Shown in pieces: positions 1 through 10,695 of a stretch of DNA of 64,000 nt; the stretch's first letter is position 1, and each line of letters starts with the position of its first letter. A program made the translations under genes and the position numbers. The notes under the pieces were generated by a model. It had not been told where the DNA came from, made no database searches, and was given only the letters and a program-made list of their open reading frames with translations. This stretch comes from an uncultured Candidatus Saccharibacteria bacterium (lineage in GTDB: Bacteria > Patescibacteriota > JABMPQ01 > JAQVVF01). The stretch lies in assembly GCA_964574655.1 (NCBI GenBank), contig CAZNOH010000002.1, forward strand, positions 29,620-93,619, given 5' to 3'.

Positions 1-571
1 TATCCTTCAAAACAATTGTTCTCAAGGCATAATTAAAAATCAAAGACAGAAAAATCGCTTCAGGCACAAATATTAACAAAGCTAGCATTAGTAATAATAC
101 AGCTCTGCCAAATAGTTGAAAATAAAAAAGTAAAAATACTGGAGTGCCAAGAATCATGAATGACAAAAATATAGTTAGTCCAAACAGTAACGATATTCCC
201 AAAATTCGCCAAAAATACTTTTTGCCAATCGCCAAACCATCCTTAACGCTTGTTTTCTCTCCTTTGTCTAACTTATCAGCACAACTAATTAAAGCGCTTT
301 GTGAAATTATGGATAATACCCATAATGCCAAGAAAATTAATAATAGGATTACCAGCATAATTATTATAAATGTTGTAGGGTTAAAACTGGTTAAGAAATT
401 TGCAACACTTGTATTGATTTGACTTGAGGTCGGCGGCTGTTCTAAATTAAAACTACCAAAATTCATTCCGCTTCCACCAGACATCAATGCAATAAACAAT
501 CCAAAAAACCACAGGAATTTATAATCCCAAGTTAGTTTAAAAGCACGTTTGACGATATTGATGTAGTCCAT
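1..571 (-). CDS. polytopic membrane protein, N-terminal part only (the gene runs off the window start)
   Basis: The reverse-strand ATG at 569-571 opens a hydrophobic, multi-TM-like reading frame that continues to position 1 and beyond. It is absent from the ORF track because no stop falls in the window. The 144..422 + ORF is its shadow. Confidence 0.4.
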   Translation of the reverse strand, partial: MDYINIVKRAFKLTWDYKFLWFFGLFIALMSGGSGMNFGSFNLEQPPTSSQINTSVANFLTSFNPTTFIIIMLVILLLIFLALWVLSIISQSALISCADKLDKGEKTSVKDGLAIGKKYFWRILGISLLFGLTIFLSFMILGTPVFLLFYFQLFGRAVLLLMLALLIFVPEAIFLSLIFNYALRTIVLKD

Positions 572-587
572 ATATTTGAAATTAAAA

Positions 588-1093
588 ATATTACGGATAT
601 TACGAGATATTACCGATATTACGTCTTTCTGCCGGCAGACAGGGATACTGTGACGTCATTTTTTAGGATAGCAGGAACTTATGTATTGATTTAAAATTTT
701 GTGAAGACTATTCAGCTTATAAATTAACACCTTAAATTCATCATTGGTTATTTTAGATCTATTCTTAAGCAAAAGCGTCCAATGCTTTGATTCTAATAAT
801 GATCCGCGAGAATTATAGTAAAATTTAATTCTATCTAGATAATGGAATCTACCATAACCTTCTGCAATGTTCGCACCAACTGAATCAACGGATCTTATGA
901 ATTGATCGCCTATTATCTTTTTATCTTGCCAAGCGAATCTATCGAAAATCTTCCAAGCATGATTGCTTAAATTGTACGCTAATTTATAAACAGCTAAATC
1001 TCCCAATTTAACATAATCTTTCATTGTCCCCCCAAAAGATTATTTAATATCTCAATATCAGTAATATCCGTAATATCTAATATCCGAATATCC
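588..1093. mobile_element. IVS-type cassette: inverted repeats of the ATATCCGTAATATC family flanking a four-helix-bundle gene
   Basis: The left arm at 588-626 (tattacggatattacgagatattaccgatattacg) is the reverse complement of the right arm at 1049-1093 (cagtaatatccgtaatatctaatatccgaatatcc). Confidence 0.5.
656..1024 (-). CDS. four-helix-bundle protein (TIGR02436; 23S rRNA intervening-sequence protein family)
   Basis: Carries the DSVGANIAEGYGR motif and the RGSLLE segment typical of this family, at about 120 aa. Confidence 0.75.
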   Translation of the reverse strand: MKDYVKLGDLAVYKLAYNLSNHAWKIFDRFAWQDKKIIGDQFIRSVDSVGANIAEGYGRFHYLDRIKFYYNSRGSLLESKHWTLLLKNRSKITNDEFKVLIYKLNSLHKILNQYISSCYPKK

Positions 1094-1098
1094 CGTGT

Positions 1099-2955
1099 TT
1101 ATTTTGTTTCAACTTCTAATTTCTCTGAGGTAATATTATTCTTGCCATTCATTAAAGTATTAAATTCTTCTTTTTCCATGACTTCATGATCAATTAAAGC
1201 ATTTGCGATTTCTTCTAGCTTTGCCTTATTTTTAACAATAGTCTCATTTGCAAGAATATATCCATTATCAACAAATCTTTTCACTTCTGCATCAATTTTT
1301 GCTGCTACAGCTTCAGAATAATCTCTTTGTTCTCCAATTTCTTTGCCTAAAAAAACTAATTCATCTTTCTGACCAAAAGTCATTGGGCCAAGATCAGACA
1401 TACCATAATCAGTCACCAATTTTCTGGCAACAGCAGTCACTTGTCTTAAATCAGAAGTCGCGCCAGTTGTTACGTCGCCAAAAATAATTTTTTCTGCGAC
1501 ATATCCGCCTAGCAATACCGCTATATCATCCAAGAATTCAGCTTTTGCATGAAAATGTTTTTCTTTTTCAGGAAGTTTAAGAGTATATCCAGCAGCTTGT
1601 CCTCTTGAAATTATAGAAATTTTTTGCACTGGATCAGCATTCGGCAACAAATCTGAAGTCAAAGCATGGCCTGCTTCATGATACGCTGCAATCTTTTTCT
1701 CTTCTGTAGATAGCATGAAACTTTTTCTTTCAGGTCCAAGCATAACTTTTTCTATTGCTTCAGTGCAGTTATCCATGCTAACAGTCTTCTTGTTTTTACG
1801 AGCTGCTGAAATTGCAGCCTCGTTCATTACATTTTTTAAATCAGCGCCAGAAAAGCCAGGAGTTCTTTGCGATAATACCTTAAGATCAACTTTCTTGTCC
1901 AATGGTTTGTTGTTTGCGTGAATTTTTAAGATTGCTTCTCTTGATTCCTTGTCTGGTAAATCCAAAATTACTCGTCTATCAAATCTGCCAGGGCGAAGCA
2001 GAGCTGGATCTAAAACATCAGGTCTATTAGTCGCTGCAATCACCACAATTCCAGAATTTGGAATAAATCCATCCATTTCAGATAAAATTTGATTCAAAGT
2101 TTGTTCTCTTTCATCATGAGATCCGCCTAATCCTGCGCCTCTGTGTCTGCCAACAGCATCAATTTCATCAATGAATATTAAGCATGGGGCAGTTTTCTTA
2201 GCTTTATCAAATAAATCTCTTACACGGGACGCGCCAACACCAACGAACATTTCCACAAATTCAGAACCAGAAATACTATAAAAAGGCACATTAGCTTCAT
2301 TTGAAACAGCTTTAGCTAATAAAGTCTTGCCTGTTCCTGGAGGGCCAATCAATAATACGCCTTTTGGAATTTCTGCACCAAGTTCTGAAAACTTTTTTGG
2401 ACTTTTCAAAAATTCTACAACTTCCCACAATTCTTCTTTTGCTTCTTTTGCGCCAGCAACATCTTTGAAAGCTATCTTCTTTATTCCTTTTTCTGGCTCA
2501 TATTTTTTTGCCCTTGATTCACCAAACATCATTGCTTTTGAGTTTGATTTTTGCAATCCTCTTGCCATGAACCAGATGAAAAAACCAACTAGCAAAAATG
2601 GAAGCAAGAAAGGCAAAATATTTGACAGCCAATACATTGTTCCAGACTGTTCTGAAACAATAATATTTACCTTAGCAAGTTTGTCAGGCTTGACTCCGTA
2701 ATTGTTTAAAGAATCAGTTAGAGACGCCTCTTCTTCTTTTTTTGCCTTTACTATTTTGTCATCAGCCTTTTTTATCTCTAATTCATTGCCATTGATTTTA
2801 ATTTCCTTGACTTGTTCGTTATTTATGTCAGATGTCAATTGCGTCAAAGAGATCTCATCAGTTTTTGTTAATGGTGTTTTATAAAAAGCAAAAATAGATG
2901 CGATTATAAAAAACACTAAAATCGCCAATAAAAAATTTTTGAGTATTTTTTTCAT
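1099..2955 (-). CDS. ftsH: ATP-dependent zinc metalloprotease FtsH
   Basis: N-terminal TM segment, Walker A GPPGTGKT, an AAA domain and the HEAGHA zinc motif; no SD. Confidence 0.95.
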   Translation of the reverse strand: MKKILKNFLLAILVFFIIASIFAFYKTPLTKTDEISLTQLTSDINNEQVKEIKINGNELEIKKADDKIVKAKKEEEASLTDSLNNYGVKPDKLAKVNIIVSEQSGTMYWLSNILPFLLPFLLVGFFIWFMARGLQKSNSKAMMFGESRAKKYEPEKGIKKIAFKDVAGAKEAKEELWEVVEFLKSPKKFSELGAEIPKGVLLIGPPGTGKTLLAKAVSNEANVPFYSISGSEFVEMFVGVGASRVRDLFDKAKKTAPCLIFIDEIDAVGRHRGAGLGGSHDEREQTLNQILSEMDGFIPNSGIVVIAATNRPDVLDPALLRPGRFDRRVILDLPDKESREAILKIHANNKPLDKKVDLKVLSQRTPGFSGADLKNVMNEAAISAARKNKKTVSMDNCTEAIEKVMLGPERKSFMLSTEEKKIAAYHEAGHALTSDLLPNADPVQKISIISRGQAAGYTLKLPEKEKHFHAKAEFLDDIAVLLGGYVAEKIIFGDVTTGATSDLRQVTAVARKLVTDYGMSDLGPMTFGQKDELVFLGKEIGEQRDYSEAVAAKIDAEVKRFVDNGYILANETIVKNKAKLEEIANALIDHEVMEKEEFNTLMNGKNNITSEKLEVETK

Positions 2956-2980
2956 AAATTAGTTAAAAGTTATAAAATAT

Positions 2981-3085
2981 AATACGAATACGAGTACGAA
3001 TAATGCGAATGATACGAATTGCAAATCGTCGTATTCGTAATTCGCAACATTCGCATTATTCGTATAGCCATTCGTATTATTATAT
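2981..3085. repeat. imperfect palindromic CGAAT/ATTCG-rich element, copy A
   Basis: aatgcgaatgatacgaattgcaaatcgtcgtattcgtaattcgcaacattcgcatt. Its reverse complement recurs at 58436-58518. Confidence 0.6.
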
Positions 3086-4048
3086 TTTTTCTAATAAACT
3101 AATTCTGTCATATTCTTTCCTAATTTGCAACCCCTTAATGTTCTTTAGAGAGCCAGTTTTTGCAGTTCTCAAAACTCTCAAAGCTTCTTCTAAATCTAAG
3201 AAACTGATATCCTTATATTTTGCTAATTTTAATCTCAAAATTGCTCTTTGCAATGACTTTTCTAAGGCTAAAAACTCATTCAATTTTAAAGAATTTTCAT
3301 CTAGACTTAGTTCGCTTAATTTAAGTTTAGCCATCTTCTCAATATAATCACAATCATCCTTTAATGTCTTTGCGCTTTGGCAAATTGTTGATCTAAAATT
3401 TTGATTATAACCTTCTTCTAAATAAGGCACTAATTCATGCCTAATTTTATTTCTCAAATATAATTTTTGTGAATTAGATGCATCAATTCTATGCTCTAAA
3501 TGATTTTCTTTCAAATAAAGCAAAATATTTCTTTTATAACAATCTAATAAAGGCCTAATAATATTATTTTGCTGATATTTAATTCCGCTCAAGCCCTTCA
3601 ATCCTGATCCTCTCAAGAAAAACATCAAAATAGTTTCCGCATCATCATCTCTATTATGCGCAACCGCAATTTTATTAGCCTTTTCTCTAGTCGAAATTTC
3701 ATTAAAATAATTATATCTAATTTCTCGGCATTTTGCTTCCAGTCCCTTATCATCAATCTTCAAATCTTTTACTTCTTTAACATAAATTGGCAAATTATAC
3801 TGCTCCGCAAGTTTACGAGCCAAAATCATATCCAAAAAAGAATCTTTTCCTCTTAAATTATAGTTTACATGCACCAAAATCAAATCAAAACCCAATTCTT
3901 GTTTTAAATTGGCCAAAATGTGAAGAAGGCAGACAGAATCTGGTCCAGCAGACAAGCCTAATACAATTCTGTCGGAAGAGTTGATTAGATTATTATCTTT
4001 AATTGTTTTCAAAACTTGTTCTTGCATAAGTAGCAAGTATTCTAGCAT
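3080..4048 (-). CDS. tilS: tRNA(Ile)-lysidine synthetase
   Basis: PP-loop SAGPDS motif near the N-terminus; about 320 aa. Confidence 0.85.
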   Translation of the reverse strand: MLEYLLLMQEQVLKTIKDNNLINSSDRIVLGLSAGPDSVCLLHILANLKQELGFDLILVHVNYNLRGKDSFLDMILARKLAEQYNLPIYVKEVKDLKIDDKGLEAKCREIRYNYFNEISTREKANKIAVAHNRDDDAETILMFFLRGSGLKGLSGIKYQQNNIIRPLLDCYKRNILLYLKENHLEHRIDASNSQKLYLRNKIRHELVPYLEEGYNQNFRSTICQSAKTLKDDCDYIEKMAKLKLSELSLDENSLKLNEFLALEKSLQRAILRLKLAKYKDISFLDLEEALRVLRTAKTGSLKNIKGLQIRKEYDRISLLEKI

Positions 4049-4082
4049 TAATCCAAAAATTTATCAAGGTTTTACGTTTCAG

Positions 4083-4170
4083 AGCGTTGGAGCTTCGGAC
4101 CGTCAGATCGTCAGAACGTCAGAACTTCCGACGCTCCGACGCTCTGACGCTCCGAAAATCCGACGCTCTA
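4083..4170. repeat. GC-rich tandem octamer array (CCGACGCT)n with a CAGAACGTCAGA leader
   Basis: ccgacgctccgacgctctgacgctccgaaaatccgacgct. The same family occurs at 25695-25788 and 25953-26045. Confidence 0.6.
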
Positions 4171-4253
4171 ATGCCTCCCAAACAAAAATCAGCGCTTCAC
4201 GCTGATCTTTTATAATATCTAATATCCGTAATATCGTAATTTCCAAATTTCCG

Positions 4254-5576
4254 TTATTCCTTTTTCTTTTCTTCAGACTTCTTTTTCTTCTTAGGCTTTT
4301 CTACTTTCTTTTCCTTCTTTTCTTTATCTTTTTTCTTATCTACAGATTTTTCTTCTTTTTTTCCTTTGTCCGCCGAAGCTTTAGCGGAGGTGGATTTTTT
4401 CTCTTCAGTCAACTCCTCGATCTCTTCTTCTTTCTTTTCAGAATCTAATTTTAAAGTTAATCCTAGTCTATGCTCTGCTGGCTCAATTGATAAGATTCTA
4501 AATTCTCTTTCTGATCCTATTACCAATTCTTTTTTAGCATCATCAATGCTGAACGGCAATTCAGAAACATGGACCAATCCATGAATATCTTTATCAAGTT
4601 GAATAAATATGCCGAATGGCTTTATTTCTTTTACAATTCCTTTTACAAGTTGGCCAACTTTATATCTCTTTACAGCTTCAATCCAAGGATCCCTTAATAA
4701 TTTTTTCATAGATAAAGTAATCTTTGAATCTTCAATGCCAATTATTTCTGCCTTTACTTTACCGCCGATTTTAACTAAGTTAGCTGGATCATCAACTCTT
4801 TGCCAAGACAATTCTGAAATATGGACCAAGCCTTCCAAGCCATCAAATTTTACAAAGATTCCAAAGTCAACTATTCCAGAAACTTCGCCTTCTACAACAT
4901 CACCGATTTTCACACTGCCGATTTTTTCTTTTTGTTTAGAAAAAGCAGCTTCCTTTTCTGAAATAATTAGTTTTTCATCTTTTGGATCAGCAGTCACAAT
5001 CTGAATTTTCATTTTTTTGCCAATGAAAGATTGCAGTTTTGACAATATCTTTTCTTGATCTCCGCCTTCAACTCTAGGATAATGCTCAGGTGTCAATTGT
5101 GAAACTGGCATAAAAGCAGGAATGCCAAATAAAGTGGTTAACAATCCGCCTTTATTTGCGCTCTGAATTTTAACAGTAATGATTTCTCTTTTGTCTCTTT
5201 TTTCATTCAATTCATCCCAAACTTCTTTCCTTGTTGCTTTTCTAAACGTTAGTTCTAAAATGTTTTCTTCATTTTCCATTTCCAAAATTGTGGCTTCAAC
5301 TTCATCGCCAACAGATAGCTCGCCATAAACATCCAAACTTTCCCAAAGCTCCTTACCACGAACTACGCCAATTCCATATTGACCCAAGTCAATATAAACA
5401 GCGTTCTTAGACATCTCAAGAACTTTGCCAATTAAAGTATCTCCAGGCTTTGGTACAACCTGAGCTTCTAATTGGTTCATGAAAGCTTCTTCTTCTTTCT
5501 TCTGTTCTAACTCTGTCTCTTTTACTTTTTCGCTGACAAGATTGTCTAGCGTCCTTAATTGTTTAGTGTTTTTCAT
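4254..5576 (-). CDS. rpsA: 30S ribosomal protein S1 with a lysine-rich C-terminal tail
   Basis: Multiple S1 domains (for example GKVLEMSKNAVYIDLG and GEVSGIVDFGIFVKF). The first 42 codons of the ORF as given in the track look non-native, so I prefer the start at MKNTKQ (ATG 5576-5574). Confidence 0.8.
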   Translation of the reverse strand: MKNTKQLRTLDNLVSEKVKETELEQKKEEEAFMNQLEAQVVPKPGDTLIGKVLEMSKNAVYIDLGQYGIGVVRGKELWESLDVYGELSVGDEVEATILEMENEENILELTFRKATRKEVWDELNEKRDKREIITVKIQSANKGGLLTTLFGIPAFMPVSQLTPEHYPRVEGGDQEKILSKLQSFIGKKMKIQIVTADPKDEKLIISEKEAAFSKQKEKIGSVKIGDVVEGEVSGIVDFGIFVKFDGLEGLVHISELSWQRVDDPANLVKIGGKVKAEIIGIEDSKITLSMKKLLRDPWIEAVKRYKVGQLVKGIVKEIKPFGIFIQLDKDIHGLVHVSELPFSIDDAKKELVIGSEREFRILSIEPAEHRLGLTLKLDSEKKEEEIEELTEEKKSTSAKASADKGKKEEKSVDKKKDKEKKEKKVEKPKKKKKSEEKKKE

Positions 5577-5733
5577 ATAGACCAGTATAAACAATAAATC
5601 TTTTTCTGGCAAGAGAATTGCCGCCAAATTGTTAAATTGATAAATTGTTAATCGACCGAACTTAAAAAAAATTAGCCATTTAGCAATTGAACAATTTAGC
5701 AATTAAGCAATAAAAAAACAGGTATAAAACCTG

Positions 5734-6009
5734 TTAAGTCAAAAGTGCGTTTACTTCTTGCTCGCTCATCCAACGATGCAAGGCAAACTTCCGCAAAAAC
5801 CTGTCGAAAATAGCAATGTCAGCTCTTGACAGTCTTTGCCAAAGAGAATCACTGTTTGCAACTTTGACAAGATCAGCGATTGTTCTGATTTGTCGTGTTT
5901 GCAATACGGAAACGGCATCTTCGGAAAGCCCAGAAATTGAAGCCTCTTTCAGAAGAGCTTCTTTTTTATTCGCTCGCAATTCATAACCGATCTGGTCATC
6001 GCTCCACAT
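5734..6009 (-). CDS. hypothetical protein (higher-GC islet with a strong SD)
   Basis: GAGGAGG lies upstream of the ATG, and the stop and start overlap the upstream gene by 14 nt. Confidence 0.45.
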   Translation of the reverse strand: MWSDDQIGYELRANKKEALLKEASISGLSEDAVSVLQTRQIRTIADLVKVANSDSLWQRLSRADIAIFDRFLRKFALHRWMSEQEVNALLT

Positions 6010-6322
6010 CAGTCTCCTCCTCTCTTGCTTCCTTTTCTCTTGCCAATATGGTCATTACTTGATCATATACATTCTTAGCAGCTCTCTGTACATGCGCTGG
6101 CTCAGCTCTCTCAGTAATTTGCTCTCGTGATTGAAAGAAAAAGACGCCATCTTTTACAAACAATCCAACATGAAATCTTCGAAATTTGATCACAAAACCA
6201 TTCTCAGCTAATTCCAAACTGTATTCTTCTTCGCCGATTCTTGAAAGAAATTCCAGAGTAAAAGTAGTTTCATTTGCCACGCAAGCGATAGCAATTGCCA
6301 ATGTTCGCGGTTTCAACTCCAT
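5996..6322 (-). CDS. hypothetical protein (higher-GC islet with a strong SD)
   Basis: AGGAGGAAGG precedes the ATG; it sits in an operon with 5734..6009. Confidence 0.45.
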   Translation of the reverse strand: MELKPRTLAIAIACVANETTFTLEFLSRIGEEEYSLELAENGFVIKFRRFHVGLFVKDGVFFFQSREQITERAEPAHVQRAAKNVYDQVMTILAREKEAREEETDVER

Positions 6323-6413
6323 TCCTTCCTCCTGCGTTTGAAGTAAGTATTATAAATATTAACACAAACAAAAATAATTGTCAAACATAACAAAAAAAGA
6401 CTAATAAATAGTC

Positions 6414-6704
6414 TTAAAGTTCAAATTCTCTCTGGCAAGTCAAGCACTCGAATTTTCGTAAAAAACCAGTTGTGGATCTTGAAACATCAAAATGACATTC
6501 CGGACAGCTTGTACCTTCAAAAAAAATTGGCCTTAGCTGTTCTCCGCATTCATGGCAATAATTGCAACCACTTTCTTGCAGACTGTTATGAAATCCTTCG
6601 CATCCTTGCAATGGAGTTAACCGCGCGTTGATGATTTCTCCGCACTCTGAACAATATTTTAAGCTACCTTGTTCATGCGGTAAACTGCAGGTTGTTGGCA
6701 TTGC
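6414..6704 (-). CDS. Cys-rich zinc-ribbon protein
   Basis: Four or more CxxC pairs (CSECGE, CNYCHECGE, CPECH, CLTCQ). The start is placed at MPTTC, which is preceded by AGGAGGAGG. Confidence 0.5.
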   Translation of the reverse strand, partial: AMPTTCSLPHEQGSLKYCSECGEIINARLTPLQGCEGFHNSLQESGCNYCHECGEQLRPIFFEGTSCPECHFDVSRSTTGFLRKFECLTCQREFEL

Positions 6705-6871
6705 CTCCTCCTTTTCATCCCAGGGTTCTTTTTTAAGTTTATCCAAGATACAAATAAAGTCAATAATAAGCAATCGTTTGCTCAACAAACACATATATTT
6801 AGCTAAATCTAGAGTTGCGAAAAATCAAAAACCATGCTAATATTAAATAGTAAAATAATAAAATCAAAATT

Positions 6872-7510
6872 ATGAATATCCAATGGTATGGACAATCTTG
6901 TTTTAAAATTGTCAGCAAAGATTTAACAATTTTTACCGATCCGTATGACAGAGAAACTGGCTTTAGACCTGCCAGAACGCACGCTGATATCGTTACTGTT
7001 AGCCACAACCATCATGACCATAATAATGTTGTTGAGCTAAAAGATAATCCTTTTGTAATTAATACTCCAGGAGAATACGAAATAAAATCAGTATTTGTCA
7101 AAGGAATTTCGTCATTTCATGATAAAAAAGATGGCGCTGAGCGTGGTGCCAATACAATCTTTACAATTACAGTTGAAGATATTAATATCTGCCATTTAGG
7201 CGATTTAGGTATGGAATTATCAGAAAAACAAATTGAAAGAATCGGTGAAGTTGATATATTAATGATTCCAGTTGGTGAAAAGTATACAATTTCAGTTGAT
7301 GAGGCCGTCAAAACTATCAATCAAATTGAGCCAAGAGTAATTATGCCGATGCATTATGCTTTGCCTGGTCAAAAGAGCGACCTTTCCAAAATTGACAATT
7401 TTCTAAAGGCAATGGGAGCAAAAAAAGAAACTATTGAAAAATATAGCATTAAAAAGAAAGATTTGGCTCATGATCAATCTGATGTTGTTGTTTTCAAAAA
7501 TTTAGGATAG
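6872..7510 (+). CDS. MBL-fold metallo-hydrolase (UPF0173/UlaG-like)
   Basis: HNHHDH metal motif and MBL-fold length; no SD. Confidence 0.8.
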   Translation: MNIQWYGQSCFKIVSKDLTIFTDPYDRETGFRPARTHADIVTVSHNHHDHNNVVELKDNPFVINTPGEYEIKSVFVKGISSFHDKKDGAERGANTIFTITVEDINICHLGDLGMELSEKQIERIGEVDILMIPVGEKYTISVDEAVKTINQIEPRVIMPMHYALPGQKSDLSKIDNFLKAMGAKKETIEKYSIKKKDLAHDQSDVVVFKNLG

Positions 7511-7557
7511 CGTTAACAGTCAGTAGCTGTTAATTAGCAATTGTTAATTTTTTAGCT

Positions 7558-8013
7558 ATGTTTGAAAATCGCTCTGAATCAGAAAGAAAAAAAATTTTCT
7601 GGCTTTTGGTTATTGGAATTACTCTTGTTGTCTTTATTGTTTGGATTATCCTTCTCGCCAAAGGTTTTATTCTCAACTCATCGAAAATAGCAGAAAAAAA
7701 AGATCGAAACATTAATCAACAAAATATTGGTTCAGTTACTGGCGATTTAAAAAGCGCGATTAACGAATTTAACAAGCTCGATGTAAAAGGAAAAATTTCT
7801 GACATCAAAAATGAATTCAGCAACCTAAAAAACAATCAAAATCAGAATCAGAATATTGATCAGTCTTTGAATATAAATGAAAGCGTGAATCAAAAACAAG
7901 TAAATGTGAATCAAGAACAAACAAACAAGCAAGAGCAAATAGAAGAACCGACAAATCAATCTATTATAGAAAATTTGAACAGCTTAATAATTCCTCGCCT
8001 GCCAGTAGAATAA
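7558..8013 (+). CDS. hypothetical membrane-anchored protein with a Q/N-rich tail
   Basis: One N-terminal TM segment followed by low-complexity NQNQN repeats. Confidence 0.45.
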   Translation: MFENRSESERKKIFWLLVIGITLVVFIVWIILLAKGFILNSSKIAEKKDRNINQQNIGSVTGDLKSAINEFNKLDVKGKISDIKNEFSNLKNNQNQNQNIDQSLNINESVNQKQVNVNQEQTNKQEQIEEPTNQSIIENLNSLIIPRLPVE

Positions 8014-8142
8014 AAATTCAGAATTTAGAATTTTGAATCAATTTTGAAATAAGAAATCAGAATTTGGAAATTAAGAAGAGTTTTAAAATTAAAAATTAAG
8101 TAATTTAAAATTGATTAAAAATTAAAAATTTAACCTACACAC

Positions 8143-10572
8143 ATGGAAATAGGTATAATTAGAGATCGCAAAATCATTGACGAAATGCAGGAATCATATC
8201 TTGACTATGCAATGTCAGTTATAGTCTCTCGTGCGCTTCCTGACGTTAGAGATGGAATGAAGCCAGTTCATCGCAGAATTTTATATGCAATGTGGGATAT
8301 CGGTCTTCGCGCCAATGCAAAATTTAGAAAATCAGCCACAGTAGTCGGTGAAGTTTTGGGTAAATACCATCCTCATGGCGATATTGCTGTCTATGACTCT
8401 TTAGTTCGCTTGGCTCAAGAATTTTCTATGCGTAATCCATTGGTCAATGGACAAGGAAACTTTGGTTCAGTAGATGGCGACTCAGCAGCTGCTATGAGGT
8501 ATACAGAGTGTAAATTATCTAGAATTGCTGAAGAAATGCTTTTTGATATTGAAAAAGAAACTGTCGATTTCATTGATAACTATGATGGTTCACATCAGGA
8601 GCCAACAGTTTTACCAGCAAAATTACCAAATACCTTGATTAACGGCACAATGGGTATTGCTGTTGGTATGGCTACAAATATCCCTCCTCACAATCTAATT
8701 GAAATTGTTAATGCCATCTCATTATTAATTGAAAAGCCCGAAGCTTCAGTTGAAGACTTGATGCAATTTGTTAAAGGTCCTGACTTTCCAACTGGCGGTA
8801 TGATTTTTAATAAACAGGAAATTCTGCAAGTTTATGCAACTGGTCGTGGTGGAATTACAATGAGAGGTGTTGCTGATATTGAAGAAGAAAAAAAGGGCAC
8901 TTTCAGAATTATAATTACAGAAATTCCATTCCAAGTAAACAAAGCTACATTGATCGAAAAAATAGCTGATCTAGTCAAGAATAAAAAGATAGACGGCATT
9001 AGAGATCTTCGCGATGAATCTGACAAGGACGGTATTCGCGTTGTTGTTGAATTAAAAAAAGAAGCATTTCCCAAAAAAGTTTTAAATAGATTATACAATC
9101 TGACACAGCTACAGGAAAAATTTCACGTAAATATGCTTGCTTTGGTTGATGGTATCAAGCCAATGGTTTTGAACTTAAAGATGATGTTGGAAAAATATGT
9201 AAAACACCGAGTTGTAATCGTAACTAGGCGCGCTCAATTTGATTTACGCAAGGCTAAAGAAAGAGCTCATATTTTAGAAGGCTTAAAAAAAGCTTTAGAC
9301 CATATTGATGAAATTATAAAAATAATTAGAAAATCAGAAAGCAAAGAAATTGCCCATTTGAATTTAGTCAAAAGATTCAAATTCAGCGATGCGCAGACTA
9401 CAGCAATCTTGGAAATGAGATTATCTCAATTAGCAGCATTGGAAAGACAAAAGATTGAGGATGAATTGAAAGAAAAAAGAAGAATTATTAAAGAATTAGA
9501 AACTTTGCTAGCAAGCAAAAAATTAATATTAGGCGTAGTCAAAACTGAAGTTATAGCTTTAAGAGACAAATTCGGAAATGAAAGGCAAACAAAGGTTTTT
9601 TCATCAGGCATTGAAGAATTCAAGCCAGAAGATCTAATTCCAAAAGAAGACATCGTTATCAGTCTTACACGTGGCGGTTATATCAAGAGTCTGCCAGAAG
9701 CAACCTATCATGCTCAAAAACGTGGCGGTAAAGGCGTTATCGGCATGGCTACCAAGGAAGAAGATGTTGTTGATCATTTTTTCATGGCTGATACCCATTC
9801 TGATATTCTTTTCTTCACAAATTCAGGCAAAGTATTTCAGCTAAAAGCTTATGAAATACCAAAAGCAACTCGTCAGGCTAAAGGACAATCAATTGTTAAT
9901 TTCTTACAGCTATCTTCCGAAGAAAAAGTAACAGCCTTGATTTCATTAGATAAGAGCGTTATTTCTAAATATTTAGTCATGGTGACAAAGCAAGGCGTGA
10001 TTAAAAAAGTCACTCTTGAAGAATTTGGTAATGTCAGAAGATCAGGTCTAATTGCAATTAAGATCAAACCAGGCGATGAATTAGAATGGGTCAAGCCAAC
10101 GTCAGGTGCAGATCAAATTGTTCTTATCACTAAAAATGGCCAATCAATCAGATTTAAAGAAAAAGATGTTCGCGCCATGGGTCGTACTGCTTCCGGAGTT
10201 CGCGGTATTAAATTAAAAGGCAGTGATATCATTGTTAGCATGCATACGATTTCAGAAAAAATTACCAAAGACCAAAAAATATTTGTTATTACAGAAAATG
10301 GCTATGGAAAAACTACAAAAATCAGCGCTTACAAAATTCAAGGTCGTGGCGGTTCTGGAGTTAAAACAGCTAAGATCACATCAAAAAATGGTCCAATAGT
10401 CGCCGCCGGGGCAATTGATAGCACTATTGAAGAGTTGATCATTATTTCTAAAAAAGGAACTGTTATCAGAATTTCTGCTGATGCTGTCCCAGAACATGGC
10501 CGTGCTACTCAAGGAGTTCGAGTCATGAGAATGGAAGCCGGAGACAAAGTTGCCAGCGTGGCGTATGTTTAG
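8143..10572 (+). CDS. gyrA: DNA gyrase subunit A
   Basis: [27 protein letters not shown] near the N-terminus, the AAMRYTE active-site region, and C-terminal beta-pinwheel repeats. Confidence 0.95.
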   Translation: MEIGIIRDRKIIDEMQESYLDYAMSVIVSRALPDVRDGMKPVHRRILYAMWDIGLRANAKFRKSATVVGEVLGKYHPHGDIAVYDSLVRLAQEFSMRNPLVNGQGNFGSVDGDSAAAMRYTECKLSRIAEEMLFDIEKETVDFIDNYDGSHQEPTVLPAKLPNTLINGTMGIAVGMATNIPPHNLIEIVNAISLLIEKPEASVEDLMQFVKGPDFPTGGMIFNKQEILQVYATGRGGITMRGVADIEEEKKGTFRIIITEIPFQVNKATLIEKIADLVKNKKIDGIRDLRDESDKDGIRVVVELKKEAFPKKVLNRLYNLTQLQEKFHVNMLALVDGIKPMVLNLKMMLEKYVKHRVVIVTRRAQFDLRKAKERAHILEGLKKALDHIDEIIKIIRKSESKEIAHLNLVKRFKFSDAQTTAILEMRLSQLAALERQKIEDELKEKRRIIKELETLLASKKLILGVVKTEVIALRDKFGNERQTKVFSSGIEEFKPEDLIPKEDIVISLTRGGYIKSLPEATYHAQKRGGKGVIGMATKEEDVVDHFFMADTHSDILFFTNSGKVFQLKAYEIPKATRQAKGQSIVNFLQLSSEEKVTALISLDKSVISKYLVMVTKQGVIKKVTLEEFGNVRRSGLIAIKIKPGDELEWVKPTSGADQIVLITKNGQSIRFKEKDVRAMGRTASGVRGIKLKGSDIIVSMHTISEKITKDQKIFVITENGYGKTTKISAYKIQGRGGSGVKTAKITSKNGPIVAAGAIDSTIEELIIISKKGTVIRISADAVPEHGRATQGVRVMRMEAGDKVASVAYV

Positions 10573-10602
10573 AGTTTAAAATGCGTAGGGGCGGACGCGT
10601 AG

Positions 10603-10633
10603 GGGTGGAGTTTATCTCCACCCTTTTGATTTC
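10603..10633 (+). terminator. intrinsic terminator after gyrA
   Basis: ggggtggag-tttat-ctccaccc followed by a T-run. Confidence 0.7.
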
Positions 10634-10657
10634 TCCGCAATTTTATTTTTCCCAAGA

Positions 10658-10685
10658 AAAAAACACCCAAGCTTGAGTGTTTTAG
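10658..10685 (-). terminator. intrinsic terminator for the 10696..11442 gene
   Basis: On the minus strand, aaacactcaagcttgggtgttttttt. Confidence 0.55.
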
Positions 10686-10695
10686 TAAAAAAGAA

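Noticed and set aside
144-422. ORF 144..422 +
   Set aside because: It is a shadow of the minus-strand partial membrane-protein gene running off the window start.
1248-2884. Plus-strand ORFs inside ftsH (1248..1487, 1715..1921, 2327..2701, 2702..2884)
   Set aside because: They are antisense shadow ORFs within a confidently identified gene. They have no SD or promoter and low-complexity translations.
4083-4170. CRISPR array interpretation of the octamer repeats
   Set aside because: Repeat units are 8-11 nt and directly tandem with no spacers. No cas genes are nearby.
3003-4205. ORFs 3003..3347 +, 3656..3856 +, 3787..3984 + and 3981..4205 +
   Set aside because: They are antisense to tilS or read through the CGAAT palindrome and the octamer repeat array. 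The repetitive His/Ser/Tyr or Arg/Ser/Asp runs are translations of the repeats.
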